Source: an uncultured Gemmatimonadales bacterium
GTDB taxonomy: Bacteria; Gemmatimonadota; Gemmatimonadetes; Longimicrobiales; RSA9
Length of the DNA stretch: 64,000 nucleotides
Reading direction: 5' to 3'
Assembly: GCA_963708135.1 (NCBI GenBank)
Contig: OY970192.1
Span: forward strand, 5,152,001-5,216,000
Under the pieces are notes generated by a model that was not told the origin of the DNA, did no database searches, and worked only from the letters and a program-made list of their open reading frames with translations. Both the position numbers and the translations under genes were made by a program. This document shows positions 18,281-29,406 of this stretch, in pieces. Every line of letters starts with the position of its first letter. Position 1 is the stretch's first letter.

Positions 18281-19891
18281 ATGGAGATCCTGCTGGAGAC
18301 CCGGGCCGCGGATGCCCCCGTGGAGGCGGCGCGGCCCGGCCTGGCGCTGAAGCCGCTGCTGGCCGTCGCCGCGGTCATCACGGCGGCGCACCTGGCGGTC
18401 AACCTGTTCGGGCCGTACGTGCTGCACCGGGACGCGCTGCTCTACCTGGCCATGGGGGAGCACCTGCGCCTGTGGAGCATGGACTTCCCGCCGTTCATCG
18501 CGCTCCTGGCCCGGGCGACCCGTTTTCTGCTCGGCGACTCCACGGCCGCGATCCGTGCGGGCCCGATGCTCGCCCACGGCCTCCTCATCCTCCTCGCCGG
18601 TGTCCTCGCCCGCGAGTTCGGCGGCGGCCGCTTCGCGCAGCTGCTGGCCGCGGTGGGCGTCGCGCTGGCGCCCATCTTCCTGCGCCCTGGCAGTCTCTTC
18701 CAGCCCGTCGTGTTCGACCAGCTGTGGTGGACGCTCGCGCTGCTCTCGCTGGCCCGCATCGGGCGGAGCGCCGTGGCTCGAGGCGACGCCGGCGATCCGC
18801 TGGCCTGGGTCGGCCTCGGCCTCGCCGGCGGGCTCGGGCTCCTCACCAAGTTCAGCATCGGCTTCATCGCCGTCGGCATCCTCGTGGGGCTCCTCGTCTC
18901 GCCGCAGCGCCGGGCGCTGCTCACCCGCTGGCCGTGGGAGGCCGCGCTGCTGGCGCTCCTGATCGGCCTGCCGAGCGTGGTCGGGCAGGTGCGCCTCGGC
19001 TTCCCGGTGGTGGGGCAGCTCGGCGACCTGCGGGCGAGCCAGCTCTCCTACGTCGGCTACCTCGACTTCATCTCCGGGCAGGTGCTCTACCTCGGGCCGC
19101 TGGCCATCCTGGCCGTGCTCGGCTTCGCCCGCCTCGCCGCCAGCCGCCGCTACCTCGTGGTGGCGGTCGCCTGCGCCGCCACCTTCCTCCTGCTCATGGC
19201 GCTCCACGGCAAGCCGTACTACGTGGCGCCGATCTACCCCGCGCTCACCGCCGCCGGCGCCGCCGCCCTCGAGTTGTGGACCGCGCCGCTGCACGCCCGC
19301 GCGGCCGGACGCGCCGCCAGCGCGGTGGTGCGGGGGCTGATCCTGGCGCTGGTGCTCCTGTTCGGGGCCGCGACGCTGCCGCTGGGGCTGCCCCTGCTGC
19401 CGCCCGCTCCCATGGCCGCGTACGCCCACCGGCTCGGCGTCGAGGCCGCCGTCCGGACGAACCAGCGCGTCGCGCTCACGCTGCCGCAGGACTATGCCGA
19501 CATGCTCGGCTGGCCCGAGCAGGCCGCCGCCGTCGCGCGCGTCTACCGCGCGCTGCCGCCCGACAAGCGCGCCCAGGCCGTGCTCATCGGCGAGAACTAC
19601 GGCGAGGCGGGCGCGATCGACTTCTACGGCCGGCGCTGGACGCTGCCGCCCGCCATCGCGACCGTGGGCTCGTACTGGTTCTTCGGTCCGGGGGAGAAGC
19701 CCGGCAACGTGGCCGTGATACTCGGCGCCGACACGACGGAGCTGAAGCAGTACTTCCGCGTGGTCCGCCCGGTCTTCATCGTGCGGAACCCCTGGGGCGT
19801 CCCGGAGGAGCGCGAGGTGGTGGTCGCCGTCGCCGAGGAGCCGTACCGCACGCTCCAGCAGCTCTGGCCGGGGTTCGCGGGGCGGAACTGA
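18281..19891 (+). CDS. Glycosyltransferase family 39 (ArnT/PMT-like) integral membrane protein
   Basis: HRDALLYLA, DFPP, GLGLLTKF, KPYY and NYGEAGAID, with many TM helices. Confidence 0.85.
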   Translation: MEILLETRAADAPVEAARPGLALKPLLAVAAVITAAHLAVNLFGPYVLHRDALLYLAMGEHLRLWSMDFPPFIALLARATRFLLGDSTAAIRAGPMLAHGLLILLAGVLAREFGGGRFAQLLAAVGVALAPIFLRPGSLFQPVVFDQLWWTLALLSLARIGRSAVARGDAGDPLAWVGLGLAGGLGLLTKFSIGFIAVGILVGLLVSPQRRALLTRWPWEAALLALLIGLPSVVGQVRLGFPVVGQLGDLRASQLSYVGYLDFISGQVLYLGPLAILAVLGFARLAASRRYLVVAVACAATFLLLMALHGKPYYVAPIYPALTAAGAAALELWTAPLHARAAGRAASAVVRGLILALVLLFGAATLPLGLPLLPPAPMAAYAHRLGVEAAVRTNQRVALTLPQDYADMLGWPEQAAAVARVYRALPPDKRAQAVLIGENYGEAGAIDFYGRRWTLPPAIATVGSYWFFGPGEKPGNVAVILGADTTELKQYFRVVRPVFIVRNPWGVPEEREVVVAVAEEPYRTLQQLWPGFAGRN

Positions 19892-19975
19892 AGGAGTCGG
19901 AATCACGGGCGGCGGCCGGTCTCGCGCGCAGCCGCGGCCGCCCGGGCGAGCGCCCGGGCGGTGCGGCCTCTTCGC

Positions 19976-21319
19976 TCACCCGCCCCTGTGCCTCCCCATG
20001 AGCAGCCGGCGCAGCCCGGCGGGCATGGGTGGGCGGCTGGCGGCGTGGGAAGCCATGCTCGCGCTGGCCGGGCCCACGGCCGACGTCGCGCTCGCGACGG
20101 ACGCCGACACGCCGGCGCGCGTGGCATGCGGCGTGGCCAGGAAGGCATGGGCCTCCCCCGTGTTCATGTCCACCGCCAACCCCGCGATCTGCCCCGACTG
20201 GTTGAGCCCGAGCGGCAGGATGATGTAGAGCGAGGAGCCGGCGGGGAGCAGCGAGTTCAGGTCCGTGAAGACGCCGTCCCGCCAGATGTAGCCCCGGCAC
20301 GCCCCGAAGGCGACGTCGCAGGAGGAGCCGACCATCTGCCCGCGATCGTTGGCGTAGAAGGGCGTGTTCTGGGCGTCGGCGGGGTCGGAGCTCATCAGCC
20401 CCAGATCCTGCATCCCCGTTGCGCGGGTCCAGCGGAACGGGTGGATCGACCCGTCGGCATAGCCCGCGGCGCCGAACACCTCACCGTGGTTGTTGATGGT
20501 GGCGGCGAAGCCGGCGTTGGGGTCGCCCAGGTCGCCGAGGCGTATGGGAGTGCCCCGATCCCACATCACCGCGTGCGCGCCGAACCCCGTGCCGCCGAAG
20601 CCCGTGTTCGAGCACAGCCCGGAGGTACCGACCACCTGGCCGCTGTCGTTGTTCCGCGCGGCCATGGCCACCTCGTCGCCGGGCAGCGGCGGCAGGACCC
20701 GCGCCTGTCCGTTCTCCCAGGCGACGGCCTGGAAGTGGCTCCTCTGCGGTGCCAGGCAGGTGGCGTCCAGGACGCCGTCGTCCGCCACGCCCACGATCTG
20801 GCCGCCGTTGTTGGAGGTCAGGGCCGCGGAGTTGATGCCCCCCAGTCCCGGCAGGGTCTGGACCACACCGTTGCGCCACACGCCGGCGCGGCACACCAGC
20901 CCGGTGCCGAAGCCGCAGAAGTTCTCGTCGAGCAGGTCCGCCTGTCCGGTCTCGCCGAGAATCGGCCGCTCGGGGGCCCCGGTGGTCCCGCCGGCCTCCG
21001 TGTTGAGAGGCGCGTTCGGCCCGCCGAAGGTGCCCAGGTCGTGCATGGAGCCGCCGTACCACAGGAACGGATGCTGGTACTCGCCCGGAATCGTCGCCGC
21101 GCCCGCGACGATGCCCGCGTCGCTGACGTCGAACGCGATGCTGAACGATCCTCCGAGCGTGCCGAGGTCGGCGATGCTGTAGCCGGAGGGAGCCATCGAA
21201 GCCGATGGCCCGAGTAGCGCTCGCGCCGGATCGGCGGTCGGCGAGTCGGAGCAGGATGCGGCGGTGGCCGCGGCGGCGGCCATGGTCGCGATCAGCAGGC
21301 GCTTCCAGGTGAATCGCAT
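19976..21319 (-). CDS. Extracellular HAF-repeat protein (probable lipoprotein)
   Basis: Start MRFTWK at 21319. Repeated DLGTLGG, HPFLW, NNxGQIVG and HAF motifs. Confidence 0.85.
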   Translation of the reverse strand: MRFTWKRLLIATMAAAAATAASCSDSPTADPARALLGPSASMAPSGYSIADLGTLGGSFSIAFDVSDAGIVAGAATIPGEYQHPFLWYGGSMHDLGTFGGPNAPLNTEAGGTTGAPERPILGETGQADLLDENFCGFGTGLVCRAGVWRNGVVQTLPGLGGINSAALTSNNGGQIVGVADDGVLDATCLAPQRSHFQAVAWENGQARVLPPLPGDEVAMAARNNDSGQVVGTSGLCSNTGFGGTGFGAHAVMWDRGTPIRLGDLGDPNAGFAATINNHGEVFGAAGYADGSIHPFRWTRATGMQDLGLMSSDPADAQNTPFYANDRGQMVGSSCDVAFGACRGYIWRDGVFTDLNSLLPAGSSLYIILPLGLNQSGQIAGLAVDMNTGEAHAFLATPHATRAGVSASVASATSAVGPASASMASHAASRPPMPAGLRRLLMGRHRGG

Positions 21320-21565
21320 GTGGAGCCTCCCATCCGAGGTTGCGGGCCGAGCCCGGGTCGTTCGTGTAGAGGCATACGCGCAGGACCGTCGCCGATCCTG
21401 ACATCGGAGCGCTTGTGCGGCGGCGGCGCCGGAGGTATTCCGAAGGGCGTGGGCGGCCTCGGCACCCGCGCGGCCGGAGGCGGGGACGCTGGCGTGAGGC
21501 GCACCCCGCGTCGCCTGGCGGGTAGAACGCGGCGGAGGACGACACGGCGGAGACGAGCGAGGCGG

Positions 21566-22780
21566 ATGAGCGAGAGACGGCGGACGGCGACGGTCGATGT
21601 GGGCGGCGTGCGGGTGGGGAGCTGCCATCCGATCGTCGTGCAGTCGATGACGAACACGGACACGGCGGACCCGGAGGCGACGGCGCGGCAGGTGGCGGAG
21701 CTGGCGCTCGCGGGGAGCGAGCTGGTGCGCGTGACCGTGAACACGGACGAGGCGGCGGCGGCCGTGCCGGAGATGGCCGCGCGGCTCGAGGAGGCGGGGG
21801 TGGGCGTGCCGGTCATCGGCGACTTCCACTACAACGGCCACCTGCTGCTCGCGCGCCACCCGGAGACCGCGAAGGCGCTCGCCAAGTACCGCATCAACCC
21901 CGGCAACGTGGGCGCGAAGCGGCACGACGAGAACTTCCGCACGATCGTCCGGGTCGCCATCGCCAACGGCAAGCCGGTGCGCATCGGCGTGAACTGGGGC
22001 TCGCTGGACCAGCAGCTGCTGACGGAGCTCATGGACGAGAACGCCCGGCGCGCGGAGCCGCTGGATGCCAAGGATGTGATGATCGAGGCGATGGTCCAGA
22101 GCGCGCTGCGCTCCGCCGAGCTGGCGGAGGAGACCGGGCTCGGCCACGACCGCATCATCCTGTCGGCCAAGGTCTCCGGCGTGCAGGACCTGATCCGCGT
22201 CTACCGCGAGCTGGCCGCGCGCTGCGACTACCCGCTGCACCTGGGGCTGACGGAAGCGGGGATGGGGACGAAGGGCGTCGTCGCCTCGGCGGCCGCGCTC
22301 GGCGTGCTGCTCCAGGAGGGGATCGGCGACACGATCCGCGTCTCCCTCACGCCGCGGCCCGGCGGCGCGCGCACGGAGGAGGTGCGCGTCGCGCAGCAGA
22401 TCCTGCAATCGATGGAGCTGCGCTCCTTCAACCCGCAGGTCACCTCCTGCCCCGGCTGCGGCCGCACGACGAGCACGTTCTTCCAGCAGATGGCCGAGGA
22501 CATCCAGGGCTACATCCAGGAGAAGATGCCCGCCTGGCGCCTGGCGCACCCGGGGGTGGAGGAGCTCAAGGTGGCGGTGATGGGGTGCGTGGTGAACGGC
22601 CCCGGCGAGTCGAAGCACGCCAACATCGGCATCTCGCTGCCCGGCACCTTCGAGGAGCCCAAGGCGCCCGTCTACATCGACGGCGCGCTCTTCACGACCC
22701 TTCGAGGCGACGCCCTCGTCGCGCAGTTCCTCGCCCTCCTCGACTCCTACGTCGCCGAGCGCTACCCGGCGATGGCGTAG
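21566..22780 (+). CDS. ispG: 4-hydroxy-3-methylbut-2-en-1-yl diphosphate synthase
   Basis: [48 protein letters not shown] and [10 protein letters not shown]. Confidence 0.97.
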   Translation: MSERRRTATVDVGGVRVGSCHPIVVQSMTNTDTADPEATARQVAELALAGSELVRVTVNTDEAAAAVPEMAARLEEAGVGVPVIGDFHYNGHLLLARHPETAKALAKYRINPGNVGAKRHDENFRTIVRVAIANGKPVRIGVNWGSLDQQLLTELMDENARRAEPLDAKDVMIEAMVQSALRSAELAEETGLGHDRIILSAKVSGVQDLIRVYRELAARCDYPLHLGLTEAGMGTKGVVASAAALGVLLQEGIGDTIRVSLTPRPGGARTEEVRVAQQILQSMELRSFNPQVTSCPGCGRTTSTFFQQMAEDIQGYIQEKMPAWRLAHPGVEELKVAVMGCVVNGPGESKHANIGISLPGTFEEPKAPVYIDGALFTTLRGDALVAQFLALLDSYVAERYPAMA

Positions 22781-22821
22781 GCGACCGGGGGGCGCCTCCA
22801 CCCCGCCGGCGCGCCTTGCCC

Positions 22822-22956
22822 TCACCGGCGCGACTCGACCTCGCCGGCGCGACTCGCCTCAACCGCGCGACTCGACCTCGCCGGCGCGCCTCGACCTCGC
22901 CGGCGCGACTCGCCTCAACCGACTCGACCTCAACCGCGCGACTCGACCTCACCGGC
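22822..22956. repeat. Degenerate CGCGACTCGACCTCGCCGG tandem repeat downstream of ispG
   Basis: Visible 14-19-bp units. Confidence 0.75.
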
Positions 22957-23318
22957 GTGCCTCCTCTCTCGCAGAGGCGCGGAGGGAGCCGGAGCCGCGG
23001 AGAAGCCGGACGGGGCGGGCCGCGGGCGTGCCGCGGCTGCCAGGCGCAACAACGACCCGGTGATGTGTTTTTCTTCCGGCTCCCGAAGCTGTCCGGCGCG
23101 CGACCGCCTTCCACCGCGATGAAAACAAATAAAGGGCGCCGCCCCGCGACGAGAGGGGCCACGCCCGGGATGCCGCGGCCGGCGGCACCTCCGCGGCTCC
23201 GCGCAAGCTCCGCGACTCTGTGAGAAAGAAGGGCGCGGGTAGGCCGAGGTACGCCCGGGGGCGAGAATAGAAGCGCGCTGGCAGGCCGCAGGTACGTCCG
23301 TGGGTCCCCGGCGGTCTC

Positions 23319-24263
23319 CTACTCCGAGCCCACCTCGTAGCGCCCGCTCGCCATCGCCTGGACGGACGGCAGGCGATGCGTGCTCTCGAACGCGTCGTAC
23401 CCCTGCTTGAGGTTGCGCCAGAAGGCGAGAAGGGCGGGGCGGTCCGGGAACGCGCGCGCGAGCTGCGCCATTGAGGCGTCGTCGAGCCGCGTCGGGTAGA
23501 TGTCGATCGGCACCTCGCCCTGCCCGAGCGCCCGCTCCTGCGCCACCAGCCAGTAGAGCTCCTTGATCGCATCGTTCGTGAGCGGCAGGCAGCCCGCCGT
23601 GCGGCAGCCGCCGTGCACGTAGATGTCGCCGCCCGGCGCCCCGTCGGCCCGGCCCAGGTCGGCCGCGTTCGGGTAGTCGAGGCGCAGCGAAAGGAAATAG
23701 TGGCTGTTCGGGTTGAGCTCCGTGATGTGGTAGAAGCCCTCCGGCACCTGCTCGTCGCCGCGCCGAAGCTTCGGCCCGAGGCGGCCCGCGCCGAGCGTGC
23801 AGATCCGGTACGTCCTGAGCAGAACGTAGCGCGCGCTGCCCGGCTCCCTCACCCACGCCTCCAGCTCCCGCTCCCGCTTGAACGCCCGCAGCAGGAGCGG
23901 CCCAGACAGGTACGGCAGCCCGCGCGCGGCGAAGGCCGCCCGCAGCGGCGCGTCCTTCTCCACGAAGGCCTCCCGCACGCGCTCGTTCGCGATCTCGGAG
24001 GCCAGCAGCACCCGTGACGGGCCGGGCAGGGGCGAGGTGAGCGCGGCGGGGGCCGAGACGGCGGCGAGCGCGGCGTCGCCGTAGACGGTTCCGTGCGCTC
24101 CGGGGGCGCGATGGCGCGCGGCCGGGAGCGCGAGGCGCGCGACGATGCGCTGGAACGCTTCATCCCGGGGGTGGGGCGTGAGCGCGGTGCAGCCGAGCAC
24201 GGAAATCGCACCCAGGGGCGCGATCCGCCGGGCGAGGCGCCGGACGCGAGACGCGGGGGCCAT
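23319..24263 (-). CDS. L,D-transpeptidase-family protein (YafK/DpaA-like)
   Basis: RAFKRERELEAW, GPKLRRGDEQVPEGFY, LDYPN, IYVHGGCRTAGC and FWRNLKQGYDAF. Confidence 0.88.
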   Translation of the reverse strand: MAPASRVRRLARRIAPLGAISVLGCTALTPHPRDEAFQRIVARLALPAARHRAPGAHGTVYGDAALAAVSAPAALTSPLPGPSRVLLASEIANERVREAFVEKDAPLRAAFAARGLPYLSGPLLLRAFKRERELEAWVREPGSARYVLLRTYRICTLGAGRLGPKLRRGDEQVPEGFYHITELNPNSHYFLSLRLDYPNAADLGRADGAPGGDIYVHGGCRTAGCLPLTNDAIKELYWLVAQERALGQGEVPIDIYPTRLDDASMAQLARAFPDRPALLAFWRNLKQGYDAFESTHRLPSVQAMASGRYEVGSE

Positions 24264-24359
24264 GCTCCTCCTCGAGCGGCCAGCTGATCTGTATGAATGG
24301 ATTGCGAACGGGAGGAAGGTAACTCAAACTGGAGGAAAGCTGAAGAGGAACGGTCCCGC

Positions 24360-25175
24360 ATGAGAAGCTACACCCCGGAGACTCTGCTGGACGCGCTGCG
24401 CGCGCGCGGCGCGACGCGCCTGCGGCGGGTCGTGGTGCGGGAGAACCGGACCCGCCTGCTGTCGCTCTCCCGCGACCGTCGCACGCTGAACGCGCACGTG
24501 TGCTTTCTGGGCGCGACGCCGCGGGTCGTGGAGGCGCTGGCGACGTTCGCCGCCGCCGGCGCGCGCACGGAGGAGCACCACCAGGCGGTGGCGCGGCTGC
24601 GCGCCTGGCCCGGCGCGGTCGACGGGCTCAGGAAGGCGCGGCGGAAGGCGGCGCGCGCGGCGGCGCGGAAGGTGGCTCGTCGCCCGGCGGGTGCATCGGT
24701 GCTCGCGCTGCCGACTGGCCCATCCTGCGGCACGCCTCTGCAGCGGGAGTTCCTGCGGCGGCTGTACGACCGGCTGAACGCGACGCGGTTCCGCGGCGCG
24801 CTGCCGGCGGTCCACCTTCGCCTGAGCCCGCGCATGTCCCGGCGCTACGGACACGTGCGCTACGACGAGCGGGGTGGCCGCCGGCGCATCGTGGAGCTGG
24901 CGCTCAACGTGGACCTGCTGATGGAGGGCAACGAGCCGGAGCTGGTGGACACGATGCTGCACGAGATGGCGCACGTGGAGGCGTGGCTGCGGCATGGCGA
25001 GAAGGGCCACGGCGAGATCTGGCAGCGCATCTCCGAGCGGGTCGGCGCCGACACCACCGCCTCGAGCTCGCGCCGTATCCGCCTGCGCCGCCGCGGCACC
25101 CCGCCTCCCGAGGACATCCCGCTCCTGCTGGATGCGACGACCCGCCGCGCCGTCGCCGCGCGGACCGGGAGGTAG
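24360..25175 (+). CDS. SprT-like zinc metalloprotease domain protein
   Basis: YDRLNATRFRGALP and TMLHEMAH...HG. Confidence 0.82.
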   Translation: MRSYTPETLLDALRARGATRLRRVVVRENRTRLLSLSRDRRTLNAHVCFLGATPRVVEALATFAAAGARTEEHHQAVARLRAWPGAVDGLRKARRKAARAAARKVARRPAGASVLALPTGPSCGTPLQREFLRRLYDRLNATRFRGALPAVHLRLSPRMSRRYGHVRYDERGGRRRIVELALNVDLLMEGNEPELVDTMLHEMAHVEAWLRHGEKGHGEIWQRISERVGADTTASSSRRIRLRRRGTPPPEDIPLLLDATTRRAVAARTGR

Positions 25176-25269
25176 TTTTTCCCCGCCGCCCCGCTGCCCC
25201 GGAGTGGGAGAGTGGGGGAGTGGGAGACCGGGCGACGATCGCGGCGGCCGACCGTGCGCCGGCCGAACG

Positions 25270-25403
25270 GCGGCCCCGGCGCTCCTCGCCGGCCTCACCT
25301 GCCGGGCGGCGCTCCGGCTGCGCGGCGGCCCCGGCGCTCCTCGCCGGCCTCACCTGCCGGGCGGCGCTCCGGCGGGGAGGCCCTCTCCGGCCCTGCGGAA
25401 CTC
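25270..25403. repeat. H1 element left end duplicated (55-bp period) plus truncated copy 3
   Basis: GCGGCCCCGGCGCTCCTCGCCGGCCTCACCTGCCGGGCGGCGCTCCGGC at 25270 and 25325, followed by GGGGAGGCCCTCTCCGGCCCTGCGGAAC. Confidence 0.8.
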
Positions 25404-25484
25404 GTGAAAGTCGGAGCGCATCGCCGTTCGCATCCCGCATCCCGCATCCCGCATCCCGGCCCCGAGCCCCGAGCCCCGAGCCCG

Positions 25485-26128
25485 TCAGCTCCTCTGCGCC
25501 AGCTCCACCACCACCGTCCTGACGCCATCGACGACGAACTGGGTGCCCATGACCATCACGAGCAGTCCCATCAGGCGGGTGAGCACGTTGAGGCCCGTCT
25601 GGCCGAGCCGCTGCAGCAGGGCGGGCGAGACCATGAGGATGAGCCAGCTCGCGATCATGCTGAGCACGATGGCGACGTAGACGAGCGCCTCGTCCAGCGC
25701 CCCTCGACTCTGGCTGATCAGGGTGATGACCGTGCTGATCGCGCCCGGCCCGACGAGCGAGGGCAAGCCGAGGGGGATGATGCCGACGTCACCCCGTGCC
25801 GCGCTCTCGACCTCTTCCTCCTCCGTCATCTTCCCCTCGAGCGCCGCGCCTGCAGCATGTCCCATCCGATGCCGAACAGGATGATGCCGCCCGCGATCTG
25901 GAAGGCATAGGTCGTGATGCCGAACAGGCGCAGGATCCAGGAGCCCAGGGCGGCGAACGCGAGGAGCACGATGAGCCCCGTGGCGATGGCGCGCCGCAGC
26001 GTCGCCGCGCGGTGCCGGGCGTCGTATTCCGCCGTGAGGGCCACGTAGAGCGGGGCGGAGTTGACGGGGTTGATGATGGCCACGAGCGAGGAGAACGTGA
26101 GCAGGAGGAACCCGCCATGCGTGCTCAC
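25485..26128 (-). pseudogene. marC: MarC-family membrane protein with a single-base frameshift (pseudogene or sequence error)
   Basis: The N-half (SLVAIINP...FQIAGGIILF...MLQARRSR) stops at 25826. The C-half (KMTEEEE...IIPLGLPSLVGPGAIS...TRLMGLL) is in another frame. Confidence 0.85.
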
Positions 26129-26889
26129 AGCAGCTCCTCCTGCACCCACGTGCCGCCGGCGCCCGCGCCGCCCCCCGGCTCGTCGCCGCCCCCTTCCGGC
26201 GTCCCGTCGCGAGGCGGCCCGTACGCCTCGGCCGCGACGAAGCACTCGGGCGCGTCGTTGGCGGGCGCGTTGACGAGGGTCGAGACGGCGTAGGCCTCGA
26301 GGTCGGCGCCGGCGTAGGGGCGGAGCAGCGCCTGGAGCTCGTCCGGCGTGGCGGCCCGGTCCAGCCAGCGGGCGCGCGCGTCGGGGGGCAGCACGGCGGG
26401 CATGCGGTCGTGGATGTCGCGGATGCCCGGCGCCGCGTCGGTGGTCACGATCGCGCAGGTGAGCAGCGGGGCCGCGTCGCCTGCGTGCCAGCGCTCGTAG
26501 AGGCCGGCGAAGGCGAAGGGGCGCTCGCCGTGCAGGCGCAGCCGCATGGGCGTCCGGCGGCGGCCCTCCTTCATCCACTCGTACCAGCCGTCGGCGGGGA
26601 CGAGGCAGCGGCCGCGGGCGAACGCGCGCCGGAACGCGGGCTTGGTGGCGAGGGTCTCGGCGCGTGCGTTGATCATGCGGTTGCCGATGGCGGGATCCTT
26701 CGCCCAGCGCGGCACCAGCCCCCAGCGCGCCATGCGCAGCCGCGCCACCGCCTCGCCCCGAAGCAGCACAGCGACATCCTGCGTGGGTGCGATGTTCCAG
26801 CGGGGCCGCAGGTCGAACGGCGGCTCCGTCGGGCCGAACTCGTCGAAGAGTCCGGCCTGCGGCGTCGCGAGGGAGAATCGTCCGCACAT
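26125..26889 (-). CDS. SOS response-associated peptidase (SRAP/YedK/HMCES, abasic-site protection)
   Basis: N-terminal [37 protein letters not shown] and IHDRMP. Confidence 0.95.
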   Translation of the reverse strand: MCGRFSLATPQAGLFDEFGPTEPPFDLRPRWNIAPTQDVAVLLRGEAVARLRMARWGLVPRWAKDPAIGNRMINARAETLATKPAFRRAFARGRCLVPADGWYEWMKEGRRRTPMRLRLHGERPFAFAGLYERWHAGDAAPLLTCAIVTTDAAPGIRDIHDRMPAVLPPDARARWLDRAATPDELQALLRPYAGADLEAYAVSTLVNAPANDAPECFVAAEAYGPPRDGTPEGGGDEPGGGAGAGGTWVQEELL

Positions 26890-26961
26890 GGTCGGTTGGT
26901 CTTTGCGTCGAGGTGAACCGGGGCGAGAAGCTAGAAGGGCGCGCTGGGTCGCGGCAAGGGC

Positions 26962-27116
26962 GGAACGGCGGGACTGCGAACGGCGGGACTGCGAACGGCG
27001 GGACTGCGAACGGCGGGACTGCGAACGGCGGGACTGCGAACGGCGAAACGGCGGACTGCGGGTGGGGGTGAAGCGGGTGAGGGTGAGGGTGAGGACGGGG
27101 GTGGGGGCACTGCGGG
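26962..27116. repeat. 15-bp tandem repeat (GCGAACGGCGGGACT) plus left arm of a 63-bp inverted repeat
   Basis: About 6 tandem units. The arm at 27054-27116 is complementary to 27806-27868. Confidence 0.88.
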
Positions 27117-27335
27117 GGGAGAGGCGGGTGGGGGCTGACTTCGGGTGGGGGGGCTTGCTCTGTTCGGGGCAGCGTCTGGGTGCGGGCTCGTTCAGCCCGT
27201 TCGGACGAGCGGCCACGTTGATTGCTCCTGCGACCTCGTCGGGGCGCTCGGTGGCCGGCGCGAGGAAGTGCGCCCGCTGCGCAACTGACGCATCGGGCCA
27301 TTCCGTTGCCCCGCGGGGTGTGGTTGGTTGGGAGC

Positions 27336-27692
27336 ATGGGACCCGAGAAGATCCGGATGTGGCGGGCGGCGGAGACGCTGCTGGAGGAGATCGACCGAAT
27401 GGCCGAGCAGGTGACGGCGCTGGCGCCGAACGCCGCGGACCATCTGGAGCGCTCGGCAGAGTCGGCTCTCTTCAACATCGCGGAGGGCGCGGGCTCGTTC
27501 AGGCCCGGCACCAAGGTTTCCGCGTACGAGGTCGCGAAGAAGGAGGCCAACGAGGTGCGTGCGGTCCTGCGCCGGCTGGTGATCAAGCGCGTCCTGACGA
27601 ATGCCGACATTGCCCGCGCCTACAACCTCGCCGGCGCGCTCGTCGGCATGCTGACCCGCGCGATCATCTCCGTCTCCCGCCGCCAGCCATAG
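27336..27692 (+). CDS. Four-helix-bundle protein (23S rRNA IVP / Avd-like family)
   Basis: 118 aa helical protein with [17 protein letters not shown]...[10 protein letters not shown], matching the family pattern Q.rRAa.S...NIAEG...A.gs..E. Confidence 0.85.
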   Translation: MGPEKIRMWRAAETLLEEIDRMAEQVTALAPNAADHLERSAESALFNIAEGAGSFRPGTKVSAYEVAKKEANEVRAVLRRLVIKRVLTNADIARAYNLAGALVGMLTRAIISVSRRQP

Positions 27693-27902
27693 CCCCTCAC
27701 CCCGCCAACCCCCACCCGCCGTTCCCGCGGTCAACCCCCACCCGCCGTTCCCGCGGTCAACCCCCACCCGCCGTTCCCGCGGTCAACCCCCCACCCGCAG
27801 TCCCGCCCGCAGTGCCCTCACCCCCGCCCCCGCCCTCACCCTCGCCCGCTTCACCCCCACCCGCAGTCCCGCGGTCAACCCCCCACCCGCAGTCCCCGCG
27901 GT
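27693..27902. repeat. C-rich tandem repeats (CCCGCCGTTCCCGCGGTCAACCCCCA) plus right arm of the 63-bp inverted repeat
   Basis: 26-27-bp tandem units. Arm at 27806-27868. Confidence 0.88.
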
Positions 27903-27979
27903 TGGCTGGCGCCTGCACCGCCGTCGATTGCATACTAGACCCCCGAGTCAACCTCCGTTCCCCGAGCCCACACGATCCC

Positions 27980-29263
27980 ATGCGCACGCTCCTGCTGCTG
28001 ACGGCCGCCGCGGCGCTCGCCGCCGCACCCCGCCCGCTGGCCGCGCAGGCGGCTCGTGCCGACAGCGTCTTCCTGCTGCGCCCGGCGCGCGTGTTCGACG
28101 GTACGACGCCGGCGCCGCACGAGGGGTGGGCGGTGCTCGTGCACGGGGACCGCATCGAGGCGGCGGGGCCGGCGGCGTCGGTACGCGCGCCGCGCGGCGC
28201 GAAGGTGATCGAGCTGCCGGGCGCGACGCTGCTGCCGGGGCTGATCGAGGCGCACTCGCACATGCTGCTGCACCCGTACGACGAGGTGCCATGGAACGAC
28301 CAGGTGCTCTTCGAGCCGCTGGGCGAGCGGACGGCTCGGGGCGTGAACCACCTGCGCGCCACGCTCATGGCGGGCTTCACGACCATTCGGGACCTGGGCA
28401 CGGAGGGCGCCGGCTACGCCGACGTCGGCCTCAAGTCGGCCGTCGAGAAGGGGGTGATCCCCGGGCCGCGCATGTTCGTGGTGACGCGGGCCATCGTCGC
28501 CAGGGGCAGCTACGGCGTGAAGGGCGCGCCGGAGTGGGACCTGCCGCTCGGCGCGGAGGAGGCGGCGGGGCTGGACGGCATCACCGCCGCGGTGCGGCAC
28601 CAGATCGGCAAGGGCGCGGACTGGGTCAAGATCTACGGCGACTACTACTGGGGCCCGCACCACGAGGCGGAGCCGACCTTCACGGAGGAGGAGCTGCAGA
28701 AGGCGGTGGAGGTGGCGCACAGCGCTGGCCGGCCGGTGGCGGTCCACACCGTGACGCCGGAGGGGATGCGGCGGGCGGCGCTCGCGAACGTCAACACGAT
28801 CGAGCACGGCGACGAGGGCACGCCGGAGATCTTCCGGCTCATGAAGGAGCACGGCGTCGCCTTCATCCCGACGCTCGCCGCGACCTACTCGATCTCGCGC
28901 TACCACGGCTGGCGGCCGGGCGTGGACCCCGAGCCGCCGGGCGTCAAGCGGAAGCGGCAGATGTTCCGGTACGCGCTGGACAGCGGCGTGAGGATCGGCA
29001 GCGGCAGCGACGTGGGCGTCTTCACGCACGGGAAGAACGCGCTCGAGCTGGAGCTCATGGTGGACTATGGCATGACGCCCGCGCAGGCGCTCACGGCCGC
29101 GACCGCCACCGACGCGGACATCCTCGGCCTGGATGCGGGCCGCGTCCAGCCGGGGAAGCTCGCGGACCTCGTCGCCGTGGCGGGCGATCCGACGGAGGAC
29201 ATCAAGGCGCTGGAGAGCGTCCGGTTCGTCATGAAGGACGGCGTCGTCTACCGCCAGCCGTGA
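27980..29263 (+). CDS. Exported metal-dependent amidohydrolase (Xaa-Pro dipeptidase-like)
   Basis: Signal peptide, [40 protein letters not shown] and PGKLADLV. Confidence 0.9.
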   Translation: MRTLLLLTAAAALAAAPRPLAAQAARADSVFLLRPARVFDGTTPAPHEGWAVLVHGDRIEAAGPAASVRAPRGAKVIELPGATLLPGLIEAHSHMLLHPYDEVPWNDQVLFEPLGERTARGVNHLRATLMAGFTTIRDLGTEGAGYADVGLKSAVEKGVIPGPRMFVVTRAIVARGSYGVKGAPEWDLPLGAEEAAGLDGITAAVRHQIGKGADWVKIYGDYYWGPHHEAEPTFTEEELQKAVEVAHSAGRPVAVHTVTPEGMRRAALANVNTIEHGDEGTPEIFRLMKEHGVAFIPTLAATYSISRYHGWRPGVDPEPPGVKRKRQMFRYALDSGVRIGSGSDVGVFTHGKNALELELMVDYGMTPAQALTAATATDADILGLDAGRVQPGKLADLVAVAGDPTEDIKALESVRFVMKDGVVYRQP

Positions 29264-29406
29264 GCCGCGGCGCGGTTCTCGAAGGCAGCCGGCGCAGCGC
29301 GGGCGCCGCCGGGAAGGGGGATCCTGGGAATCGCCGCGCAGGTACCATGCGGGACAGGGCGGGCCGCCGCGCTGTGGCGGTCCCGGGGCCGAGGACAGGA
29401 GAGCGC

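Noticed and set aside
27336..27692. Diversity-generating retroelement (Avd) or 23S rRNA intervening sequence
   Set aside because: No reverse transcriptase, no TR/VR pair differing at adenines, and no rRNA sequence around the gene.
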